A stretch of 64,000 bases of DNA from Nannocystales bacterium (GTDB lineage Bacteria > Myxococcota_A > Polyangia > Nannocystales > Nannocystaceae). Numbering within the stretch: the first letter of the stretch is position 1; the number at the start of each line of letters is the position of its first letter. Of the stretch, positions 17,192 through 26,892 are shown in pieces. The translations under genes were made by a program, and so were the position numbers. The stretch is taken from contig JBOEGF010000004.1 of the NCBI GenBank assembly GCA_050633305.1, positions 64,001 to 128,000 of the forward strand. The letters run 5' to 3'. The notes below the pieces were generated by a model. The model was not told the DNA's origin and searched no databases. It worked only from the letters and a program-made list of their open reading frames with translations.

Positions 17192-18312
17192 GAGTCGTGT
17201 GTGCCATGTCCGGAGGGGTCGATTCATCGGCCACTGCATCGTTGTTGCTCGACGCCGGGCACGAGGTCATCGGGATGACGATGCGGCTGTACGACGCGTC
17301 CGCGGATGAGCAGAAGGGGCGGGGCGGCACCTGCTGCTCGCCCGCCGAAGTCGATCTTGCGCGTCGTGTATGCGCACAGATCGGCATCCCGCACTACGTC
17401 GTCGACGAGCGCGAACGTTTCCAGCGCGACGTCATCGATCCGTTCGCGCGCGACTACGCGGCAGGGCTGACCCCCAACCCGTGCACGCGCTGCAACCAGC
17501 ACATCAAGTTTCAGCCGCTCCTCCAGCGTGCTGCCGCGATCGGTGCCGAAGCGATGGCCACGGGGCACTACGCTCGCAACCTGTTCGGACAGTCGTTGCT
17601 ACGCGGGGTGGACCCGCGCAAGGACCAGAGCTACTTCCTGTTTTCCATGGGCCGTGACGCCCTGCAGCAGGTTTGGTTCCCCCTGGGCACCTGGAACAAG
17701 GACGACGTCCGCAAGTACGCGGAGAGCAAGGGGTTGCCCAACTGGGGGGCACCCGACTCTCAGGAACTCTGCTTTGTGCCCGGCGGCAACCACGGGGATG
17801 TCGTGCAGCGACGGGCTCGGGAGATGGGCCTGTCCGGCGCCGCGCTCGAGCCCGGCGAGGTCGTCGACACTGAGGGCAACGTGGTTGGCGATCACGACGG
17901 CATCCACCGCGTCACGGTGGGCCAGCGTCGCGGCTTCCGAACCCGAACGCCCGAGCGCCGCTACGTACTCAAGGTGGTCCCGCAGACTCGTCAGGTCGTG
18001 GTCGGGGACGTCTCCGACACCCAAACCGCGCGGCTCGAGGTTGGAGAGCTCCAGCGTCTCGAGCTGGGCGAGGACGGAGAGAGGCGGTGCACAGTTCAGG
18101 TCCGGCACAAGTCCAAGCCGGCCGCTGCGACGGTGCGTTGGCAGGGGAAGACCGCGCTGGTGGACTTCGATGAGCCGATTCGCTCGGCTTCGCCGGGTCA
18201 GGCGGCGGTGTTCTACGGCGACGATGACCTCGTGCTGGGCGGCGGCTGGATCTCCAAGGTCGAAGATCGCGCCAACGGGTCGCTCGAGAGCCAAAGCCAG
18301 ACCCAAAGCTAG
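17188..18312 (+). CDS. mnmA: tRNA 2-thiouridine(34) synthase
   Basis: AMSGGVDSS, TPNPCTRCN, ATGHY, KDQSYFL, DSQELCF, PGQAAVFY; ATGA overlap with iscS. Confidence 0.96.
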   Translation: MRVVCAMSGGVDSSATASLLLDAGHEVIGMTMRLYDASADEQKGRGGTCCSPAEVDLARRVCAQIGIPHYVVDERERFQRDVIDPFARDYAAGLTPNPCTRCNQHIKFQPLLQRAAAIGAEAMATGHYARNLFGQSLLRGVDPRKDQSYFLFSMGRDALQQVWFPLGTWNKDDVRKYAESKGLPNWGAPDSQELCFVPGGNHGDVVQRRAREMGLSGAALEPGEVVDTEGNVVGDHDGIHRVTVGQRRGFRTRTPERRYVLKVVPQTRQVVVGDVSDTQTARLEVGELQRLELGEDGERRCTVQVRHKSKPAAATVRWQGKTALVDFDEPIRSASPGQAAVFYGDDDLVLGGGWISKVEDRANGSLESQSQTQS

Positions 18313-18365
18313 ACACGGCAAAAAGAAAATGACCCGTGGCCCGAGATGTCGCCCACGGGGCTGAC

Positions 18366-19487
18366 ATGCCGCAGTTACGTCATCTCGCCGTCCTCGCACT
18401 GCCCCTGCTGGGGTGTCAGGAGACCCGCGAGGAGAATCCCTTCGACGGCTCAGCGTCCGGCGCGTCTTCGGGGCCCGGGTCCGCCGCTGCGGAGTCGTCG
18501 ACGGCTGCGGGCAGTACGGGGAGTGTGAGCACCGGGCTTCCGGCGAGCTCGGGCGGTTCGTCGGGGGATGAGATCAAACTCGATGTTGGCGGGGGGGCGG
18601 ACGTGTTCGTGCCCGGCTGTGTCGCCGGGGATGCGGACTGTGGATGCTCCGCGGTCGACATCCTGTTTGTGATCGACAACTCCGGATCGATGGGCGAGTA
18701 CCAAGAGGCGCTCGGGCTCGCGTTTCCAGCGTTCGCCTCCACGCTCTCGAACATCCTGCCACCGGGGACGAGTGTCCACGTCGGCGTGACCAGCTCGGAG
18801 ATGGACTACTCCTCGCAGGGCAACTCGATGAGTACCAACGGTGTGTGCACCTTTGTCGGCGATGGCGAGCAGTCCAACGAGGCGTTCTACGTGCCGCCCG
18901 ACGAGGTGAACACGGGTCGCAACGGAGCACAGGGCCGACTCTATGACCCAGGGAACGGCGAGACCTACTTCGCGTTCGACACCGATGGTGATGTTGCGGG
19001 TGCCGAGGCTTGGTTCACGTCCGCGGCCAACATCGGTGAGGGCGGATCCAACATCGAGATGCTGACCGCACCCGTCGGGTGGGCGTTCGACCCCGCAAAC
19101 GCGGCGACCAACGATGGCTTTCTGCGGGATGAGGGGGCGGTCTTGGTCATCTTCTTCATGCAGGACGAGGCCGACCAATCCCCCGAAATGATCGAGGGCA
19201 CGTCCACGGGCACCTGGGTCCTCGACCGAGTTGCGGAGGCCAAAGCTGGGTGCGGCGGACTGGACTGCGTGGTCGCGGGAGGCCTGCTGGAGGAAGCCGC
19301 GTGTATGGGAGACCGGCCGATCTCGGAGTTCCTCGCTGGCTTCGATGCGCCTGCGCTGGGGCAGCTTCCCGGTCCGTTTGGCGGTGGCACCCCGCAAGAA
19401 CTCGCGGACGAGATGAACGAGCTGCTCTCGAACTCGCTGGCCGACCTCATCGGTCAGACTTGCGAGGAAATCACGCCCGAGGGCTAG
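18366..19487 (+). CDS. vWA-domain lipoprotein
   Basis: Lipobox LLGC, Ser/Gly-rich linker, VDILFVIDNSGSM MIDAS motif, FLRDEGAVLVIFFMQDEAD. Confidence 0.75.
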   Translation: MPQLRHLAVLALPLLGCQETREENPFDGSASGASSGPGSAAAESSTAAGSTGSVSTGLPASSGGSSGDEIKLDVGGGADVFVPGCVAGDADCGCSAVDILFVIDNSGSMGEYQEALGLAFPAFASTLSNILPPGTSVHVGVTSSEMDYSSQGNSMSTNGVCTFVGDGEQSNEAFYVPPDEVNTGRNGAQGRLYDPGNGETYFAFDTDGDVAGAEAWFTSAANIGEGGSNIEMLTAPVGWAFDPANAATNDGFLRDEGAVLVIFFMQDEADQSPEMIEGTSTGTWVLDRVAEAKAGCGGLDCVVAGGLLEEAACMGDRPISEFLAGFDAPALGQLPGPFGGGTPQELADEMNELLSNSLADLIGQTCEEITPEG

Positions 19488-20062
19488 GTCGGTGGTTCGG
19501 AGGCCGCCAGGTTGTCGAGGGAGCGCAGCCGACGACAGATGTCGGCGTCGTGGTCTCCGCGGAGGCGTGCGGCTTCGCATTGGTGGACGACCTGGGCGCG
19601 CGTGATGATTCCGGAGTCGTCGACACCGATGATCGCGTCCTCCCAGAACCGGATGCTGGTGTCTCGCACGCCCGCAAACGTTCGCGTGACCACGGGCTCG
19701 CCGCGACCGTCGCCGTACTCGGTGTGTTTGCCGAAGGCGACTTGCTGATAGACCCACTTCACGTCACCAGTCTTGGGCGCTTGCGGGATCAGGATCTCGC
19801 GACTGTGTGGCTGGCCCACGCTCGCGATGACCTGTTCTCCGCTCATACCCCGAGCCAGCGCACCCCGCAGAATCGCCGCGCGGACCGGGTCGGGAAGGCT
19901 CGGGTGGGCGTTGACGTAGGTGTCCCGCCGCTCCTGGGCTGTGGGCTCGGCGGGGGCGCTGGGCTGGCTCGTCTTGTCGCGGACGAAGAACTTCGACAAG
20001 GAGCAGCCGCTGGCGGACAAGACGAGCAGGGCGAGGGCAAGGAGGTGGGGAGAACGAAGCAT
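19484..20062 (-). CDS. Lipoprotein, possibly BamE/SmpA-like fold
   Basis: Lipobox SASGC; GMSGEQVIASVGQP...WVY pattern. Confidence 0.55.
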   Translation of the reverse strand: MLRSPHLLALALLVLSASGCSLSKFFVRDKTSQPSAPAEPTAQERRDTYVNAHPSLPDPVRAAILRGALARGMSGEQVIASVGQPHSREILIPQAPKTGDVKWVYQQVAFGKHTEYGDGRGEPVVTRTFAGVRDTSIRFWEDAIIGVDDSGIITRAQVVHQCEAARLRGDHDADICRRLRSLDNLAASEPPT

Positions 20063-20139
20063 CGCGGGGCCTGAGTACCCGCAGGTCTGCATCGGTTCTC
20101 CGGTGGAGCCCGCGTCACCTCACACGTGCGTCGCGGCTG

Positions 20140-20739
20140 CTAGTCGTGCCAACCCTCGAGTCGTTCCAGGACACTTCGGCGCAACTGGGAGCCCACGCCG
20201 GCGGATTCGATGGACTCACGAAGCAGGGCGCGCGCCCGCGAGAGTCGGCTCTTCACGGTTCCTACAGGAGCCTGCACCACCCGCCCGATCTCGGCGAGCG
20301 GAAGTCCCTCCCAGTAGCGCAACTCGACCAGCGTCTGTAGTTCGACCGGGAGGTTCCGCATGGCCTCTCCGAGAGCACCTTCAACGTCGCGCATCGCGGC
20401 GGCCGTGCTCGGGCCGGCGAAGAGCTCATTGACCGAGACCTTGAGGGTGTCGAGAGCCTGGCGGCCGCGGATGGATTTACGGAGGTGTTTGCCGAGTTGT
20501 CGGCGAGCTACGCCGAGGATGAACGCGCGCAGCGGGCCGTCTCCCCGGTAGCGGCTGTGCGCCGCAAGGCACTCGAGAAACGTCTGCTGGGTCAGGTCTT
20601 CCGCCCCGGTTCGGACCTTGCGGTCGAAGAAACGAAAGACCAGGTCGAAGTAGACGCCGACGAACTCGGCCCCCGCGGCCTGGTCCCCGCGTGCCCAGGC
20701 ATCGAAGGCACCGGAGTCTTGGTGGTTGTCGGTACTCAT
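20140..20739 (-). CDS. ECF RNA polymerase sigma factor
   Basis: AEDLTQQTF (region 2), LVELRYWEGL...EIG...PVGTVKSRLSRAR (region 4); ATGA overlap with kinase stop. Confidence 0.9.
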   Translation of the reverse strand: MSTDNHQDSGAFDAWARGDQAAGAEFVGVYFDLVFRFFDRKVRTGAEDLTQQTFLECLAAHSRYRGDGPLRAFILGVARRQLGKHLRKSIRGRQALDTLKVSVNELFAGPSTAAAMRDVEGALGEAMRNLPVELQTLVELRYWEGLPLAEIGRVVQAPVGTVKSRLSRARALLRESIESAGVGSQLRRSVLERLEGWHD

Positions 20740-23189
20740 GGGGAGTCGGCGGTCGCGGCCCAGGTGTGCCACGCCGTGAGATCGGGTTCCGCTTCGGTGC
20801 CCGCGGCGTCGAGGAGCCTTGCAGCCTCGCGCAAACTCTCGGACGGGTCCCTCCCCAAGGCCAACAGAGCCCGGCCGCGCGCCCACTCGACCACGCCCCG
20901 GGACCAGGGCGGCATGTCGACGGGCAGGACGGAGGGCAGGCGGCCCAAGATCAGGTCTGCGGCATCGGGCTGCTCGTCCTCGAGGAGCGCGAGCACGAGA
21001 CCCGCATCGATCAGAACTCTCTGTGCCCTCGAGACCTCGGACGACGCGGTCGACTCTTGGGCAGCGGTGAACCACTCCACCGCTGTGCTCGCGTCCCCGT
21101 TGGCCAAAGCGAGACGTGCGAGCTGGTAGCGGGCCTCGACCTCGCTGGCCTGGACCCCGTGATCGGAGCGATGAAAGGCCAGCGCCTCGCCGAACGATCG
21201 TCGCGCGACGTCGAACTGGCGATGACGCAGCGCGAGTTCTCCGGCGGTGTAGTTCGCGAACGCACCGATGGGCGTTTGCTGCAGCTCGAGGCGAGCGACA
21301 CGTTCGAGTGCATCGGTGATTGTGCGCTGAGCGTCGAGGAGGTCGCCATTGTCCATCGAGGCAGCGCCCAGGCCGACTTCGAGCGACAACGACTTGGGGT
21401 GGTCCTCGCCAAAGGCCAGGATGGCTGCGTCGAGACCCGCGCGATAGTGCGGGACGGCAGCCCCGATGTCGCCCGAGAGCCGCGCGGTGTTGCCCAGCCC
21501 GTTGCGAGCGGCGACCACGAAGTGACGCTTGTCGGGTCGGTCTCGGCATCGCTCGAGGACGGCGCGATAGTGTTTCTCAGCGGCGCCGAACTCACCGGCG
21601 CGCTCTTCTACGGTCGCGAGGGTGTACTCGAGCAGGAGCTCGAGCTCCGGGTCCGAGCCCGCGCGGGTGATCGCGCTGCGAGCGTTGCGGGCCCATCGGC
21701 GGGCGATTTCTGCTTCCCCGGGTCCGTTGGCGAGCCCTGCTCGGTGGACCGCAGCCTCGGCCGCGACGAGGTCGTGTCCGCTCGCCCAGCCGACCTCCCA
21801 TGCCGCCTCCAGGGCCACTGCGGCCTCCGGATACCGACCTGTGAGTTCGAGGACGGTGGCGCGGCTCAAGTCGAGTTCGGCAGACAGGGGCCCATATCCA
21901 AGTTCGTCGACCGCCTCGTCCATCGTCGCGAACAGGGTGAGCGCGGCGTCGTAGTGCCCCTCTTGTTCCAGGCTTCTGGATGCGCGTAGTTGTTGGCGGG
22001 CGGCAGCGATCCGGCCGCGGGTCTCCGCATCGACCGGGAGCGCGGGCCGTTTCGCATCGGTGTCGCCCGGGAATGCCACGGCCTGTGCGGCGATCGGCCT
22101 TGGGTCGGGCGAGCGATCCGGCACGACGAGTCTGGCGGCGAGCAAGCTCATGCCGAGTACCGCCAAACCAGGAATGAGTCGTCGTGCGGCCGTCGGTGCC
22201 GGGACGCCGTTCGTGGCAAGTTGGAGAGCCAGCGCTGCGAGGCTCTCGTGGCGGTCTTCGGGCGCGGGTGCCAATCCCTGGGCAATCACGCGAAACAGCG
22301 GCTTGGGCAGGTCTCGGCGCTCAGGCGGTGTGCCAGCCGCCTTGGCTGCACCGAGGGCATGCACCGTGTTCCCGAAGAACGGCGGCACCCCGGTCAGCAT
22401 CTCGTAGAGCGAAGCACACAACGCGAACTGGTCGCTCCGAGGGGAGGGCGTTTCTCCGCCGTGCTGCTCGGGCGCCATGAACAGGGGGGTTCCAAGCGGC
22501 GCTGCGTAGGCGGGCTGCTCGGGGTCGGAGGTCGGCGTGTCGGACTCGGACGCTCGCAATGCCAAGCCAAAATCGACCACGCTGATCCGGCCATCGTCGG
22601 TCCGTAGAATGTTCTCGGGCTTGAAGTCTCGGTGAACGACTCCGACGGCGTGTGCGGCCGCCAGAGCTTCGGCGGCGGCAACAAACGCAGCCACGATCGC
22701 CTGCGGACTCGGGTGTTGGACGCTCACCCAGTCCCGGACGTTGCTCCCTTCGATGCGCTCCATGACGACATAGGGCCGGGCGGAGACCTCGTCGAGGCCG
22801 AAATCATAGATCGTGACGATGTTCGGGTGATCGAGCGCGGCGAGGGTTCGAGCCTCCTCGCGCAAACGGTCTCCCCACCCGGGACCGTAGTCGGGGCCCG
22901 CCGTGAGGAGCTTGATCGCGACTTCGCGATCAAGCTCCGGATCGTCGGCCGCATAGACGACGCCTTGGGCCCCGCGACCGAGCATTCTCGTGAGCTGGTA
23001 GCGCCCAACGGCAGCAGGGGCGACGACCGCGGCGAACATCTTGTGCAGCACGAGCGAGCGCAGGTGCGGCGGTGTGCCCGGCAATGCCGCGCCCGCACGC
23101 CCTGTCGCCGCCGTGTCCGCGCACATCGCCTCCAACCGTAGCAGCTCCGCGCGTTCGGCTGCGCGAGCCCGAGGAGGGCGTCCGCTCAA
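20736..23189 (-). CDS. Membrane Ser/Thr protein kinase with C-terminal TPR repeats
   Basis: LGRGAQGVVY, VAIK, HRDFKPEN, DFGLA, GTPLFMAPEQ, SDQF; TM segment; TPR-like helical repeats. Confidence 0.92.
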   Translation of the reverse strand: MSGRPPRARAAERAELLRLEAMCADTAATGRAGAALPGTPPHLRSLVLHKMFAAVVAPAAVGRYQLTRMLGRGAQGVVYAADDPELDREVAIKLLTAGPDYGPGWGDRLREEARTLAALDHPNIVTIYDFGLDEVSARPYVVMERIEGSNVRDWVSVQHPSPQAIVAAFVAAAEALAAAHAVGVVHRDFKPENILRTDDGRISVVDFGLALRASESDTPTSDPEQPAYAAPLGTPLFMAPEQHGGETPSPRSDQFALCASLYEMLTGVPPFFGNTVHALGAAKAAGTPPERRDLPKPLFRVIAQGLAPAPEDRHESLAALALQLATNGVPAPTAARRLIPGLAVLGMSLLAARLVVPDRSPDPRPIAAQAVAFPGDTDAKRPALPVDAETRGRIAAARQQLRASRSLEQEGHYDAALTLFATMDEAVDELGYGPLSAELDLSRATVLELTGRYPEAAVALEAAWEVGWASGHDLVAAEAAVHRAGLANGPGEAEIARRWARNARSAITRAGSDPELELLLEYTLATVEERAGEFGAAEKHYRAVLERCRDRPDKRHFVVAARNGLGNTARLSGDIGAAVPHYRAGLDAAILAFGEDHPKSLSLEVGLGAASMDNGDLLDAQRTITDALERVARLELQQTPIGAFANYTAGELALRHRQFDVARRSFGEALAFHRSDHGVQASEVEARYQLARLALANGDASTAVEWFTAAQESTASSEVSRAQRVLIDAGLVLALLEDEQPDAADLILGRLPSVLPVDMPPWSRGVVEWARGRALLALGRDPSESLREAARLLDAAGTEAEPDLTAWHTWAATADSP

Positions 23190-23593
23190 TCGTCCGCGAG
23201 CATGCCGTCGAGGTCCTCATCGGAGAGGATCTCGATTGTGTGCTCTGCGATGACGGAGTCGTCCACGCCCAAGCCGGTCGCGACCTTGCGCAGGTAGGCG
23301 TCTTCGTCGAAGTCGATGACGTCGTCGGACTCGTTGATCGACGCGACCAATTCCAGGACGCGCTTCTTGTCGTCCTCGCCCAGCGAGGCGAGGGAAGAGG
23401 AGGCGGCACTGACCTCGAACTTGGCCGGGTTGAACGCCTTGAGCTGGTCCTGCTGCGCTTCGGGAAGCTCGTCGACTCCGAGCAGTTTGCACACCATGTT
23501 GGTGATCGCGCGGAGCTCGTCTCCTTCGAGGCGTTTGTCCGCGTACGCGGCTCCCAGGAGCAGGTCGGTGATCGTTGCGATGTGCTCTTTCAT
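23186..23593 (-). CDS. TerB-like (tellurite resistance family) protein
   Basis: LLLGAAYAD...E...I and SDDVIDFDEDAYLRKVATGLGV pattern. Confidence 0.75.
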   Translation of the reverse strand: MKEHIATITDLLLGAAYADKRLEGDELRAITNMVCKLLGVDELPEAQQDQLKAFNPAKFEVSAASSSLASLGEDDKKRVLELVASINESDDVIDFDEDAYLRKVATGLGVDDSVIAEHTIEILSDEDLDGMLADD

Positions 23594-23659
23594 GGCCGCT
23601 TCGAGGCGATGGTACGCCCGGGGCGCAGCGGACGTCCACATGGGCGTATGCTGCGGCCT

Positions 23660-24469
23660 GTGACGAGGCTGCCGAAGGTCTTGCGCGGGCTGCCCGAGCC
23701 GTCCGTGCGACTTGATGATGGGACGGAGCCGGCACCGGAGTACGATCTCGACGCGCTACAGCTGGCGATCGGCTACAGGTTTGTGGATCCGGCGCTTCTT
23801 CGGGTGGCCCTGACCCTGGGGTCATGGGCGAACGAGCACACCGCCGCAGGGTGGCCCAGCAATGCGTGCCTGGAGTTCTTCGGCGACGCGGTGCTCGACC
23901 TGGTCGCAGCAGACGCGGTCTGGCGCCGGTTCCCCGAGCTTGCCGAGGGACAGCTCACCCGCCTGCGAGCGTCCCTTGTCGCCGAGACGTCTCTGGTTCA
24001 GGTGGCTGCAGCCCTGGGGCTGGGCCAGTTTCTTTACCTGGGCCGCGGCGACCTCAAGCGCGACGGGCGTGAGCACGCGGGCACGTTGGCGGACGCCGTG
24101 GAGGCGGTGTTGGGGGCCGTGTTCCTCGATGCTCGCGAGGCTGGCCACCGTCCCGAAGCCGCTGCGGCTGGCGTGTTCGAGACCTGGTTTGGGGCCCGAG
24201 TCGCTGCGCTGCAACCCCAACACGGACTCGACGCAAAGAGCCGGCTTCAGCATTGGGCGCAGGCAAAACATCGGGTCACGCCCCGGTACGAGCGCGTGGG
24301 AGATCCGCCGCCGCCGGGTGAGCCCGTGTGGCGCGCTCGAGCGGAGCTGGAGTTTCCCGATGGGACGGTGAAGGTGCTTGGCGAAGGAGAGGGCCGCTCA
24401 CTCAAGCGGGCCGAGCAGGCGGCGGCGGCCGATGCTTTGGCGACGCTCGAGGCTGGCTCCGAGGGCTAG
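23660..24469 (+). CDS. rnc: Ribonuclease III with variant signature
   Basis: SNACLEFFGDAVL, EGQLTRLRASLV, LADAVEAVLGAVFLD, dsRBD DAKSRLQ...GEGRSLKRAEQAAA; start 23660 (GTG) or 23648. Confidence 0.9.
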   Translation: MTRLPKVLRGLPEPSVRLDDGTEPAPEYDLDALQLAIGYRFVDPALLRVALTLGSWANEHTAAGWPSNACLEFFGDAVLDLVAADAVWRRFPELAEGQLTRLRASLVAETSLVQVAAALGLGQFLYLGRGDLKRDGREHAGTLADAVEAVLGAVFLDAREAGHRPEAAAAGVFETWFGARVAALQPQHGLDAKSRLQHWAQAKHRVTPRYERVGDPPPPGEPVWRARAELEFPDGTVKVLGEGEGRSLKRAEQAAAADALATLEAGSEG

Positions 24470-24572
24470 CGACAGGCCGCCGAACGGCACCCCGAAATCG
24501 GCCGCCGAACACGGTTTTGCTTGCACCTCGGGCCTGCTGCCGTAAAGAACGTCCGAGGCAGCAAGCCCGCGG

Positions 24573-25031
24573 ATGACGCTCCAACCTACGCTTTTGGGTC
24601 GAGACGATGAGGTTCGGGTCTACGCTCGGGACACGGCGGTCGTGGTGGTTCCGAACTCGGACACCGGCTTCGACGAGACTCGGGCGTTCATCCAGCAGCG
24701 TCACGCAGAGCTCGGGGCCCGCATCGGAGTTGTGGTGCTGGTGCGTCCCGGGATTGAGGGCGATGCGCTCCGGATCCGAGAAAGCACGCAGACGTTCCTG
24801 GCCGAGGCGTCCGACGCCCTTGCCTGCATGGCGTACGCCATCGATGGCCGAGGGTTCTTCGCGAGCCGGTTCATGAGTGTGGCGTCAGGCATCTTCCTGC
24901 ACCTACGCGGCACGACGACGCCGATGAGGGCATGCGCCAGCGCGGCCGATGCAGCCGACTGGGTCGCGATGCATCTCGGGGATGCCCCGTGGGTCGGCCC
25001 CTTCGTCGAATCGGTTCGCGAACAGCTGTGA
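24573..25031 (+). CDS. Hypothetical protein, STAS/SEC14-like small domain
   Basis: AYAIDGRGFFASRFMSVASGI...PMRAC...DAADW pattern; plausible composition. Confidence 0.55.
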   Translation: MTLQPTLLGRDDEVRVYARDTAVVVVPNSDTGFDETRAFIQQRHAELGARIGVVVLVRPGIEGDALRIRESTQTFLAEASDALACMAYAIDGRGFFASRFMSVASGIFLHLRGTTTPMRACASAADAADWVAMHLGDAPWVGPFVESVREQL

Positions 25032-25127
25032 GATCGGGCCGCTCGCCCATTCGAGGACGCGGCCATCGGGGCGTTCCCTGATCCCACGCGGTCGCTCTTC
25101 AGCGTTGCTTGGGCGTGGGAACGGCCG

Positions 25128-26861
25128 CTAGTTCTCTTCACCCACGCCGTGGCGGGCGGTGAGCCACATTGCGACATCCTGGATGGTCAGGAAGCCGCGG
25201 GTGCGCGCGAGGTCGACCTGTCCCTTGTCGTTTCGCTCGAGGCCGTGGAGCTCAACTTCGAGTCGGGTCAGCAGGTTCGTTGCGAGCACGGAGGTGTGCT
25301 CCCCGATGCCCAGCGCGTCGCAACGAGCGGAGAAGTCCCGGCGAACGGGGTCGGTCAGCCGGGCGCGCTCGACGAGGTTCTTGGACGCCCAGTCGAGATC
25401 GTCCGGGGTCAGCGGCGCGAGGGATCCGCGACTTCCTGGCAGGAAGATGTGCACGATGGCGGTTCGGATCAAGTCGCCGATCACCAACTGCTCGGGGCTG
25501 TCCGCTCGGGTCAGCCATACCGCGTCGATGGCAAAGCCTTCGGGGGCGAAGGCGAGACGGGACAACGCACCGGACTGAGCGACGAGCGCGGTCGCTTGCC
25601 GGACGTCTGCGAACGTCTGCAGGGGCCGGGTCGCCGAGCTCTTGTCCATGACGGGAAGCTCGGGATACCAGGCGCTGAGGCTGGCGATGGAGGGCCCCCA
25701 GGGGCGGTCGAGTAGGGAACCAGGGCTGGTGAGCGAGATGCGGGTGGCCTTGCCGAGGTGGGCAGTGGCCTTACGCAGCTTCTCCAGCGCTCCGTAGCCG
25801 ACGCGGAAGATGTCACGCAGCCCGATCGCAACCACGCGCTCCGCGAGGAACGCCTCGGGGTCGGGGTGCTCGGTGCTGGTGGTCAGCAACAGCTCCAGCC
25901 CGAGGCTGATCGTGGCTTGGGTCTGGTGGATGGCGCGCTCCTGGAGCCCGGTGTCGCCAGGCGGAAAGCGCTGCGCGGACATGACTTCGGACACCAGCAG
26001 GAGGAACTCGCGCGCTCGCTGTCCGTGCTCGGTGTCTCCGAGTCGCTCCAGCACCCGCGCCAGCAGCCCCGACGTTTGCCAGCGGGGCAGGGCAAGCATG
26101 CCGTCAGGGTCGTCGAGGTAGCGGAAGTCGCGGGGGTCTTCGGTGGCGGCGGCGGCACGGTCGAATGCGGTGAACAGCTTCATCGCCTCTTCCCACGCCA
26201 CGAAGCCCATGTCCGCGAGACGACCCTCCCGCCAGCGGCGTAGGTCCTCTTCCATCTGCGAGTGGATCCCCGACTGGATCGAGAGCAGCAGCTTGCGCCC
26301 CTCGTCGAGGTTGTCCTGGTAGATGAGTTCGATCGTGGCGAGCGCCTGCTGGCCGAAGTCGTCGTCGGGGACCCCGACCACGAAGAAACCGTCGGGGCTG
26401 TCCCAGGTCCGCAGCTCGTCGAGTTCGCCATGCGCGAAGTCCCGGCTTTGATCGTCTTCGTGGTCGAGGATGATCACCTGCGTGCCGAGCATCAGGGCCA
26501 TGGTCCACATCTCGGGATCCATGCTGTAGATGAGATCGATCAGGGCCCCGCGCGGCTTGTCCATCGCCTGGTAGAGGCGGGCGAGGAGCATGACCCACGT
26601 CCGCGCCTGCGGGACGTCCACACGGTCGCGCTGCCAGGCGTCGAGGTCCATTAGGCTGGTCAGCTGCTCGGCGGTCGCGTGTCCGAGCAGCAGGTCGAGC
26701 CGCCGCTCCTCGCGGAGTGCTCGGGCGACCCGCACGAAGTCCTGCCCGTCGATGCGGGGCACCAGGGTGTCTGGGGCCTCGACATCCTCGAGCGCGAGGG
26801 GAGAGTTCAGGACCGCGGTGAGGCGGGCGCTCGGGGAGTTCCGATCGAGGTCGTCGACCAT
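25128..26861 (-). CDS. DUF6178-like conserved hypothetical protein
   Basis: ATAEQL..LMDLDAW, EEDL.RWR.GRLADMGF, TISLGLE, IFRVGY motifs. Confidence 0.7.
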   Translation of the reverse strand: MVDDLDRNSPSARLTAVLNSPLALEDVEAPDTLVPRIDGQDFVRVARALREERRLDLLLGHATAEQLTSLMDLDAWQRDRVDVPQARTWVMLLARLYQAMDKPRGALIDLIYSMDPEMWTMALMLGTQVIILDHEDDQSRDFAHGELDELRTWDSPDGFFVVGVPDDDFGQQALATIELIYQDNLDEGRKLLLSIQSGIHSQMEEDLRRWREGRLADMGFVAWEEAMKLFTAFDRAAAATEDPRDFRYLDDPDGMLALPRWQTSGLLARVLERLGDTEHGQRAREFLLLVSEVMSAQRFPPGDTGLQERAIHQTQATISLGLELLLTTSTEHPDPEAFLAERVVAIGLRDIFRVGYGALEKLRKATAHLGKATRISLTSPGSLLDRPWGPSIASLSAWYPELPVMDKSSATRPLQTFADVRQATALVAQSGALSRLAFAPEGFAIDAVWLTRADSPEQLVIGDLIRTAIVHIFLPGSRGSLAPLTPDDLDWASKNLVERARLTDPVRRDFSARCDALGIGEHTSVLATNLLTRLEVELHGLERNDKGQVDLARTRGFLTIQDVAMWLTARHGVGEEN

Positions 26862-26892
26862 GGGGTGGGGTACTATCCCAACGCGGTGCTCC

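Noticed and set aside
20140..21549. 469-aa ORF as an N-terminally extended sigma factor
   Set aside because: The extension overlaps the kinase gene in another frame; the ATG at 20739 gives a normal ECF with ATGA coupling
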